The translations under genes and the position numbers were made by a program. The notes beneath the pieces were generated by a model that saw only the letters and a list, made by a program, of their open reading frames with translations, searched no databases and had not been told where the DNA came from. 64,000 bases of DNA from Batkoa obscura (Eukaryota): NCBI GenBank assembly GCA_030770535.1, contig JASVEC010000017.1:806001-870000 (forward strand). The letters are read 5' to 3'. Positions 54,559 to 64,000 of the stretch are shown here, piece by piece. How positions within the stretch are numbered: the first letter of the stretch is position 1; the number at the start of each line of letters is the position of its first letter.

Positions 54559-56158
54559 TCACTCTTTTACTGTATAGACTGCAATCGATCCCCCTTCTGC
54601 ATAAAACTCACCCCAACCTCCTTCATCAATAGTTACTTCTTGATCACAAAAGCCCATTAAATCAACCCATTTTTGACCTTTTTTATGTTCACCTACAAAC
54701 ATACGCTTACTGCCTTTATCTGAAGAGCACAAAACAGTTGCTAGTCCTTGAGGATGTTCATCATCACCTTGCCTTACCCAACCAATAGTATCATGGTGGT
54801 CAAAATAATCATTTTGTTCACCATAAGCATAATTTTTTCTTGCTTTCAGCAACTTGCTTATAATATCAAATTTGCCTTCAATAGAGTTATCCCCACTAAT
54901 TTCATACAAATCACCATAGAATATACATGGATATCCATCCTGACGTAATAATATTAAACTATATGCGTGAGGTTTGAACCAGTCTTCTACCCAAGATTCT
55001 AAAGATTCACCAGGTTGAGAATCATGATTGTCTATCAAAGTTAATAAATATATTAACAATTCTATAATAAGGCTACTTACCGACAAAAGTCACAGCATTT
55101 ATCGGATTAACTTGAGCTAAAGTACCTTCAAATATCTTTGAAATATCATAGCCTTTACCATCTTTGGATGCTTCCATAAAATTAAAATGTAAGGGAACAT
55201 CAAATAAAGATAATTGGCCTTGATGGAAGTCAATATACTTTGATGCCTCTTCAAGTGAATCTTTCCAATACTCACCAACTACAAAGAAATTGTCATCCTT
55301 CTTTCTTACTTCATTTAGCATATCTTTTATAAATTTGGCATCAATATGTTTTAAGGCATCCAAGCGAAATCCACTTAAATCCAGTGTATCTACTATCCAG
55401 TTACAAAAGTTTAACAAATCTTTGCGTACATCCGGATGGTCATGATCAACTATAATTTAACAGGTAAGTAAGTAAGTATTATGTTAACATCAAGTTAATT
55501 ACTATCTGCTCCCATCAAGTAATCATAGTTTCCTTTTTCTTTATCAACTCTGTTGGCCTATGTAAAACATAAATAAATATTAAATTATTGCTATTATTAT
55601 TATTATTACCCAGTCTTTGTTTTCACCCAAAATACGATAAATTCCTTTTTGTCCATTTTCTTGATTATAATCTGTACCTGTAAAGTGATTAAAATTCCAC
55701 TTAAAATCGGAGTATTTATTATTTCGGTTTTTAAATTCAAATTTAGTCCATCCCTTAATATCATGTGGCTCACTAATAACTTTATTTCTATCTTCTTCAT
55801 CAACTAATTCTGCTTTAAATAGCTCAGTATCATCTGCCCCTAATTTATGGTTTAATACTAAATCAGCATAGACTTGAATGCCATTCTCCTTAAGTGCTGT
55901 TACGGCACTGATAAGCTCTTCTTTAGTACCATATTTTGTTCTTACTGTGCCCTTTTGATCGAATTCCCCCAAGTCCCATAAATCATAAATACCATAACCT
56001 ACATCATTGTCACTACTTCCTTTTGTTGGTGGTGGAATCCATATGCCAGTAATACCGAGTTCTTTAAATTCCTCAACTTTACTTTTTAATAAGTTCCAGT
56101 GTTTACCAGTGTTTGGTAAATGCCACTCAAAAAACTGAATCATTGTATTGTTACCCAT
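54559..56158 (-). CDS. Intracellular alpha-amylase, GH13_5 type, 4 exons
   Basis: TMIQFFEW, VGYGIYDLWDLGEFDQKG, DLVLNH, NYDYLMGAD, GFRLDALKH, VGEYW and FVDNHDSQP; no signal peptide. Confidence 0.93.
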
Positions 56159-56725
56159 CCTTTCAAACTTTATTTTTTTATTAAATTCATTGCTATCAGT
56201 CTTTTGTTTTTATTATATACATTTTTTCTCAACTTGATTACGTCTTAATAATACTTTTTTATTAACTTAAATAAGTAAACTAACTTGATTATCCAAAGTA
56301 ATGGTGACGGAATTTTCATTTTGGTTATCTTAAAAACCTCAATTTTAATATTGTGTTCTTTATTACCTCTATGATTGGATAGTATTTTTATAAATTAATT
56401 TAATACTATAAAATAGTATTACGTTATCTTTCATTTAATATATCTGAGTTAAAATTGAATATCATTGGACTTTGTTTTAAAACAATATGGTAGAAACATG
56501 AATCATACCAAATCTCAAAGATTAGATTTAAAATTCGATTTCTTAATAACTAATAGTTGAAATTTAATGTCTTCTAGACTATATTATATATATATATAAG
56601 TTAAACTTACTATTTGTTATAAAATTAAAAAGAATATATGCAGATAACGAAAAATATAGCAGCTTCTCACTAGTTGTAAATGGTTTAAATTTTGCTTAAT
56701 TTGAAAGTAAAATATTATAAGATAT

Positions 56726-56823
56726 GGGGATGTATTTTTTTGGTTAAGAATTTTACTAACAATTTTTCCAATCAAATAGCTCTTAAAAAATGGAAAAAGT
56801 GACGAAACCAAAAAAAACACCCT
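56726..56823. mobile_element. MITE copy
   Basis: ATAT|GGGGATGT...ACACCCT|ATAT. Confidence 0.88.
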
Positions 56824-57581
56824 ATATAATATTTTTTAAAATTATTTACTATTAGAAAAATGTTTTTTGTAAATAATGTTATAGAGCAGCTTGTTTATAT
56901 GTAATCTTAGAAAAACGTATGTTTTAAATTTGTTTAGTCCAAAGTACTGAAAGTACAAAGCTATCAAATTATATATTAATATAATGTAAATTCTAAAATT
57001 TTAAAATTAAAATATGAATTTCGAAGTTTCAAAGTAAATTATTTTCTAGACTTTAAATTTCAAAATGTAATTTAAATCATAATTATGCCATACAATGACA
57101 GTTTTTATATTGTAATACTATAAGACATAAAATTTATTAAGTTGTATCAAGGTGATTTTATTAAAAAATTGTGAAATAAAAAGACTAGTGGTTTATTCAG
57201 TATACTACTTATTTATTTCCTAGTAGGTACTTCAACATTGTTTAATATTTCGAGCATCATTATAAATATAAGTAATATTTAAACTCTAAAAAAACTGTTA
57301 AAGCTATCAAATATATACACTTTATTGTAGCAAATAAATGGGACATTCTATTAAATATAATTATCATCCATATTTTGTGCTATATTTAATAATTATCCTT
57401 AGTTAATACCTTATAACACTATTATAGTTAGTAAAATTGTTTGCTGTTATATTAAAATTTAGCAAATATTTTTGTATAATTGAGTTGAGTAAAAATAATA
57501 TTGTTTATGTATTTTCAAAAATTATAATTAATTTATTTACAATAAGGTTGACTGCCTTAGGTTCTATTAATAATAATTATT

Positions 57582-58139
57582 TTAGACAGCTGAAGTTACA
57601 CTTGATTTGTTCATCATAGGAGCAGGCATTTTGACAGAAGGTGCGGCAAATTGTAAAATAACATAAACAATACCGAGTCCTAATGTCAAAAGTCCACCTA
57701 AAAGTTGAAACCATTCGGGTCCTAACATCAATGCACATAAGCTATATACTTTAGTAAATTTGAATAAAATATAGGGAATAAAATACTTACAATATATAGA
57801 CTATTATTTTTTGTAAATAAATTAAATAATAAGTAAAAATATTTAAAGTCTAAATTAAACTTACAAAGTCCACGTCCGAGCGGATAAAATAAGAATGCAC
57901 AGTAGCTTGAAATTGGCTCTGGTTTATGTAACTCAAGTAGCAATATAACTATACCAAATACACTATAAAATTATTTTAGTTTATAGTAATGATATATAAT
58001 AGTAAGCTTACACTGAATAAATAGCAAGGATGACATTGGAAAATGATATAAAGAAAAATCTTTGAATCCCAATGATAATAAGGATGACACCAATGATGAT
58101 ATTTAAGATACGTAATGTTATATCAGTGATTCTGGACAT
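57582..58139 (-). CDS. COPI-associated / Golgi membrane protein (Tvp15-like), 4 exons including a 10-nt microexon
   Basis: LRILNI, IYSVVFG...LE and FLFYPLGRGLFYIFL motif; several TM helices. Confidence 0.7.
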
Positions 58140-59856
58140 TCTCTTAATTAATTTTTAATAAAATTTCAAATAGTAGCTATACGTGGGGTATTTATAACCT
58201 TTTAATTATGATGTGTTTGATTATCATTTCTTATCCAATTAATATGATTTAATAGTGTAAACATGGAACGGGTAATTTGAAATTTTGAGTTGAGAATTGA
58301 GTTTATGAAAGAGCCAATCAACGCATTCCTTAGAACTTGGCAGCTTTACAACTTTGTCATTGTCAAGTTCTGCTACAAAGGAAGTTTACAGTAGCATAGA
58401 TTGGGGATGAATTTCAACTTTTACTAAGCAATCTTAATTATTCTTGACAGTCAAAAACACCGAATGAAACTAACAACTATCAAAGAAAAGTTTGGAAAAA
58501 CCTCTTGTTTAAATATAGTTTTTTTTTGTTTCAGTATTTGGTTGATGATTTTATTTTTTATATTGCATAAAAAATGGACAGAATATTAAAATAAAAAAGT
58601 CATTCTAGCATTTTTAATTTTTTGATTTATGATGTCAACTTTATGTTTTAATTAGTCAAATGTTATCTATTTTTAAATCTCGAAAAACATGTAAAATCAA
58701 TTAAAAAATGTATTTATTGAAAGTCAAATACATAAAACTTAACCTTGAAAATAGTAAATACTACCAGAGTTCAAGTGTATAAAGCACGGAGTGTTAAAAT
58801 AATTGAAACATTAGAATAAGCTCTTATGATGGTTTGAGTTTTAATTTAATAGTTTAGCGGAGGAATAAAGCAGATTTTATCTTATTAATTTCAATGCTAT
58901 TAAAATTTAGTGGAATTTTTTGAAGTTGGGACATTAGAAATTATTATTTACTTCTTTATAAGTATATCGATATCAAATTCTACACCTCTATTATATATCT
59001 TAGAGTATCTCGAGAGTGATTCTTAATTTGAAAGATAACACGTTCTTAAAGAGGAGGCTTAATAACTTTTTTTCGATTACAGAATCATGATTAAGCCTTT
59101 CTTTTTATCATTGTTAAATCATAGAATACTATCCCTTGAATTCACTCAAATTTTATACTCAGAAACATTATTATTATTACGTTGTTAATAGCCAATCATA
59201 GTTCATTATGCCCATTCGAGAAGTTTATTCTGTTTAAGTTAGGCCATAAGCTCAAGCCAAGAAGATATTCAAAGTTCGCAAAATAAAATAATATAACATA
59301 AAATTGAACTTATCTTTATTAAAAATTCGTTATTTAAGCCTTTGTTCATCTTATCTATTATTCATTGTTGGTACTTTAATTCCCGTTTGCTCTTATTTAT
59401 AATAAAATTAAACTTAAAGTTGATCCTATATGCTAAAATTGGTAACTATTTCAGGTTGAATTGTTCAACTATTGCATGATGCAATGTTGTGTAACATTAC
59501 TAAATTTGATTTAATGATGGAATTTTAAGGCCAGTTTTATCTAAAAAAATAAAATAGTGCCTTAACTTTTTTCATTAAACTTAAAAATGGCTATAAAAAT
59601 ATGCGATCAGCTTTTTTGAAATGAAAATAAAACTATTGTTTTAACTGTCAACACATTTTTCAACAGATTTAATAGTGCTTTCGAATTAAATTCAAATTAT
59701 ATTATTGTTATCTAAAACCACTTATCTTGTCAATTTATAGTGTGATTAGAGCAACGCCTTCTTACTGTTGAACTTATCAATTTCTATTTATTATATCTTA
59801 TTAATATTTTAATATTCTTTTAACCTAACTCTTTTTTAAACTTCTTTATTATAATA

Positions 59857-62800
59857 ATGTTTCCTCTCGATTTGGAAACAGAAGAGCAATCAAAACAAAG
59901 ATCGAATAATCAAATAGAGGAGGAAGACGATGATGTATTTGAGATAGAAGAAAATCCTCTAGAGTCAACTTATGTTCAGGAAGAATATGAACAACCGATG
60001 CAAGTTCGAAGAATTATAAATAGTGAAAACAATTCAGATGACAGCACCAACAGCTCACAGCTAAATGCTCGTCTAAGAGCTCATACTCCCTTATCTGGAG
60101 TTTCAGCTGATTTTGATCTCAATAGGTCACTCAACTTTGGAACCATAGACGAAGGAAGGTACTTCCAATATGCTCCATCTTCTGAGTCATTACTAGCTAA
60201 GCTAGAAAACAGAAAATTCACTAGAACAGGATCTGGGTCCTTATCTAAATCAAATTCTTGGAATGGTGGATTAAGTTCTTATCCCACTTTACCTGGTGTT
60301 GAACCTACTGACCCAGACAATGACCCTTCCTTCCCAGCTTGGTCATTAGAGAAAGGTGCCCCTTTATCATCCGAGGATATTTATGGTGTGTTTGTACTCT
60401 TAAGGAGTCGATTTGGTTTCCAATTGGATAACTTAGAAAACACATACGAAGCAATGATGACGATGCTTGATTCAAGGGCGTCACGTATGCCACCTACTCT
60501 AGCCCTTACAACCCTTCATGCCGATTATATTGGTGGAGAATATGCGAATTACAGGAAGTGGTTGTTCTGTACCCAACTTCATCAAGATGGTTATGAACCA
60601 CTTGTCAATGAGACTGAAGAAGAAGAAAACAACGACAAACAAACTAAAGCTAGAAATGAGGCTAAGATCCGTTCTCGCTGGAGACGTAGGATGGATAAGT
60701 TAGCACCTGAAAAGAAAGTTTTACAGATTGCGTTATATTTGTTGATTTGGGGTGAAGGACTCACCCTTCGTTACTCACCAGAATGTCTATGTTTTATATT
60801 CAAAATATGCTTGGATGCAACTAATGAACTAAATCCTGAATCTCAATATCAAGTCAATGAAGGAGAATTTTTACGAAAAGTAGTTACGCCGCTTTATCAA
60901 TTCGTTAGGGATCAATCCTTTGAAAAAATCAATGGAAAGTATTTTAAGAGAGAAAGAGATCATGCTAACACCATTGGTTATGATGATGTTAATGAACTAT
61001 TTTGGTCTAAAAGTGGTATTGAGCGTATAGTACTTGAAGATAAAACCAAATTGATTGATTTGCCGTATGATCAACGTTTTGAAAATATTGAAAAAGTAGT
61101 ATGGAAAAAAGCGTTTTATAAAACTTATAAAGAACGTCGTACATGCCTTCATTTGCTCACCAATTTCAATCGTATCTGGGTATTCCACTTTGTTATGTTT
61201 TATTATTATTTATTCGCAAACGCTACTTTCATTTATGAATATTATACTGAAGATCCTAAAAAACCAGATCCAGATGATATTCCAATGAGATTATCCGTTA
61301 CTGCTTTAGGTGGTGGTCTTGGATGTCTTATTACCATCTTTTCTAGTATTTGTGAATTATTTTTTATACCTTCAAGTGCAAAAAACATTCGTAAAATATC
61401 TTTCAGAATATTTTGCCTCTTTTGTTTAGCTGTGCTTTGTATTGGTCCTATCTTCTATATAGCATTAGTTGATAGAAGAAATACTATCGCTTTAATTCTT
61501 TCTATAGTTCAACTTATAGTTTCTGTTATTGTAACTTGTGTTATATCCATCACACCCTCAGCTTCATTATTTGTATATAATGGTAAACGTGAAGAAAATG
61601 GAGGCGATTCTGGGCTTACTAACCGCTCTTTTACTGCTAATTTCCCAGAATTAAAATGGCAAGATCGATTTGTTTCAATAAGTATGTGGTCCTTAATTTT
61701 CATCTGTAAATTGATTGAATCGTATCTGTTCCTTGCGCTTTCATTTAAAGATCCGTTTAGAAGTATGGCTGAAGTAGATCTTTCAGATTGCTCTGATGGT
61801 TTATTAGGCGATATGGTTTGTAAACACATGGGTTACATTATCCTTGCGATTATGACGTTTTTAGATTTAATTCTTTTCTTCCTTGATACCTATTTCTGGT
61901 ATATTGTATGGAATTCTATCTTTTCAGTTGCACTTTCATTTTATTTAGGTATTTCAATTTTAAGCCCTTGGAAAAATATCTTTTCACGTTTACCCAAACG
62001 TATTCATGCCAAGATATTAGCCAGTAGTGAAATGGAAATTAAATATAAGCCAAAGTTTTTAACTTCTCAAATTTGGAATTCTATTATTGTTTCTATGTAT
62101 AGAGATCATTTATTATCTATTGATCATTTACAAAGACTTTTATTCCAGCAAGTGGCTGGTGAACAAGAAGGAAAACGTACTCTTAAACCACCTACCTTTT
62201 TCGTAGCTCAAGAAGATCAATCTTTAAATGCTGAATTTTATCCACCAGGAAGTGAAGCTGATCGTCGTATCTCTTTCTTTGCACAAAGTTTATCAACTGT
62301 ATTACCAGAACCTGTATCAGTTGAAAGAATGCCTTCATTCACTGTATTAACTCCACATTACGGTGAAAAGATTCTTCTCACATTAAGAGAAATCATTCGT
62401 GAAGAAGATCGTCAAACTAGAGTTACTTTACTTGAATACCTTAAGTCTTTACATTCATTTGAATGGATGAACTTTATCAACGATACCAAGGTATTAGAAG
62501 AAGAAAATACAGTTTATACTGATGAAGATCCACCATCATCTATAAGATCATTTTCAGGTTATTCTGCTGATGAAAAATCTGAAATTGACGATTTACCACT
62601 TTATTATATTGGGTTTAAGTCAGCTTCACCAGAATATGTCCTTCGTACTAGAATTTGGGCTTCTTTAAGATCCCAAACCCTTTATCGTACTATTTCTGGA
62701 TTTATGAATTATGCACGTGCCATTAAAGCTTTATATCGAGTTGAGAACCCAGATATGGTCAAATTATATTCTGGGCATGGTAATATGTTGGAAAGAAAAA

Positions 62801-64000
62801 TTGATATAATGGTACGTAGAAAATTCCGATTTTTAATTTCTATGCAAAGATATTGTAGCTTTACAGCCGCTGAAAAAGAGGATGTAGAATTTTTACTTAA
62901 AGCTTACCCAGATTTGCAAATTGCTTATCTATTAGAAACAACCAAAGAAACCGAAGCTGGACCAGAAATTCAATATTTCAGTTGTTTAATCGATGGTCAT
63001 TGTGAAAAACTTGAAGATGGTTCAAGAAAACCTAGGTATATGATTGAACTACCTGGTCATCCTATCCTTGGTGATGGTAAAGCTGATAATCAAAATCATT
63101 CCATTATATTTACACGTGGTGAATACATTCAATTAATCGATGCTAATCAAGATAATTATCTTGAAGAAGCTATGAAGATTCGTAATATTCTAGCTGAATT
63201 CGAAGGGTTTGAAGTAGATTCTTCCATTTCACCTTATTCTGGGCATGCAAAAGATCATTATAAACCGCCAGTTGCTATTGTAGGAGCAAGAGAATATATT
63301 TTTTCAGAAAATATTGGTGTATTAGGAGATGTTGCTGCTGGTAAAGAACAAACATTTGGTACCATGACACAGCGTATTATGGCTAAAATTGGTGGTAAGC
63401 TTCATTATGGTCATCCCGATTTCTTAAATTCTATCTTTATGAATACTCGTGGTGGTGTAAGTAAAGCTCAAAAAGGTTTACATCTCAATGAAGATATTTA
63501 TGCTGGTATGAATGCTTTCCAAAGAGGTGGTAGAATTAAGCATATTGAATACTACCAATGTGGTAAAGGTCGTGATCTTGGATTTTCTTCTATTTTATCC
63601 TTTAATACTAAGATCGGTACTGGTATGGGTGAACAAATACTTTCTAGAGAACAATATTACCTTGGTACTCAACTTCCTTTAGATCGATTCTTAACCTTTT
63701 ATTACGCTCATCCTGGTTTCCATGTTAATAATGTTATGATTACGATTGCTACTCAATTACTTATGGTAGTCTTACTTGGTCTTGGTAGTTTGTACGTTAC
63801 CAACGAAAATATTTGTGAACAAAATGAAGATCTTACAGCAGCCCCTAAACCAACTGGATGTTTCAATGTATGGCCTATTTTAAGTTGGATTGTAGCTACC
63901 ATTATCTCCATCTTTATTGTATTTGCTATTTCTTACCTTCCCTTCTTTTTACAAGTATTTAGTGAACAAGGGTTTACACGTACTCTATTAAGACTTGGAA
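59857..64000 (+). CDS. FKS1: 1,3-beta-glucan synthase catalytic subunit, 5' part (no intron seen; truncated by window end)
   Basis: Not in the ORF track because it has no stop in the window. Motifs FGFQLDN, IALYLLIWGE, PECLCFIF, GYDDVNE, EADRRISFFAQSL, RIWASLRSQTLYRT, ILGDGKADNQN, IDANQDNY, HYGHPD and LHLNEDIYAG. Confidence 0.96.
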   Translation, partial: MFPLDLETEEQSKQRSNNQIEEEDDDVFEIEENPLESTYVQEEYEQPMQVRRIINSENNSDDSTNSSQLNARLRAHTPLSGVSADFDLNRSLNFGTIDEGRYFQYAPSSESLLAKLENRKFTRTGSGSLSKSNSWNGGLSSYPTLPGVEPTDPDNDPSFPAWSLEKGAPLSSEDIYGVFVLLRSRFGFQLDNLENTYEAMMTMLDSRASRMPPTLALTTLHADYIGGEYANYRKWLFCTQLHQDGYEPLVNETEEEENNDKQTKARNEAKIRSRWRRRMDKLAPEKKVLQIALYLLIWGEGLTLRYSPECLCFIFKICLDATNELNPESQYQVNEGEFLRKVVTPLYQFVRDQSFEKINGKYFKRERDHANTIGYDDVNELFWSKSGIERIVLEDKTKLIDLPYDQRFENIEKVVWKKAFYKTYKERRTCLHLLTNFNRIWVFHFVMFYYYLFANATFIYEYYTEDPKKPDPDDIPMRLSVTALGGGLGCLITIFSSICELFFIPSSAKNIRKISFRIFCLFCLAVLCIGPIFYIALVDRRNTIALILSIVQLIVSVIVTCVISITPSASLFVYNGKREENGGDSGLTNRSFTANFPELKWQDRFVSISMWSLIFICKLIESYLFLALSFKDPFRSMAEVDLSDCSDGLLGDMVCKHMGYIILAIMTFLDLILFFLDTYFWYIVWNSIFSVALSFYLGISILSPWKNIFSRLPKRIHAKILASSEMEIKYKPKFLTSQIWNSIIVSMYRDHLLSIDHLQRLLFQQVAGEQEGKRTLKPPTFFVAQEDQSLNAEFYPPGSEADRRISFFAQSLSTVLPEPVSVERMPSFTVLTPHYGEKILLTLREIIREEDRQTRVTLLEYLKSLHSFEWMNFINDTKVLEEENTVYTDEDPPSSIRSFSGYSADEKSEIDDLPLYYIGFKSASPEYVLRTRIWASLRSQTLYRTISGFMNYARAIKALYRVENPDMVKLYSGHGNMLERKIDIMVRRKFRFLISMQRYCSFTAAEKEDVEFLLKAYPDLQIAYLLETTKETEAGPEIQYFSCLIDGHCEKLEDGSRKPRYMIELPGHPILGDGKADNQNHSIIFTRGEYIQLIDANQDNYLEEAMKIRNILAEFEGFEVDSSISPYSGHAKDHYKPPVAIVGAREYIFSENIGVLGDVAAGKEQTFGTMTQRIMAKIGGKLHYGHPDFLNSIFMNTRGGVSKAQKGLHLNEDIYAGMNAFQRGGRIKHIEYYQCGKGRDLGFSSILSFNTKIGTGMGEQILSREQYYLGTQLPLDRFLTFYYAHPGFHVNNVMITIATQLLMVVLLGLGSLYVTNENICEQNEDLTAAPKPTGCFNVWPILSWIVATIISIFIVFAISYLPFFLQVFSEQGFTRTLLRLG

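Overview
Very AT-rich, intron-dense eukaryotic DNA from a fungus. The short GT-AG introns, FKS1, and an expanded intronless F-box/LRR family suggest an early-diverging lineage such as Entomophthoromycotina (Conidiobolus/Neoconidiobolus-like); this taxonomy is inference. Core genes: PSD1, IES6, oligopeptidase B, two RhoGEFs, NPP1, an inositol-polyphosphate kinase, a TGL3-like patatin, RFC2, PP2C, MAP2, an S8 protease, PKR1, a GH13_5 alpha-amylase, a TVP15-like gene and the 5' part of FKS1, plus tandem questin-oxidase-like genes. The most striking system is a 3.5 kb Sola-like DDD DNA transposon (TIRs, ATAT target duplication). Its ~574-aa transposase can be rebuilt in frame after removing a solo LTR and a MITE. 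About 16 copies of a ~99-bp MITE share its termini and repeatedly disrupt F-box/LRR paralogues. The IPK gene also carries a canonical U12-type AT-AC intron. All calls are by-eye motif and frame reading; no database searches were run.
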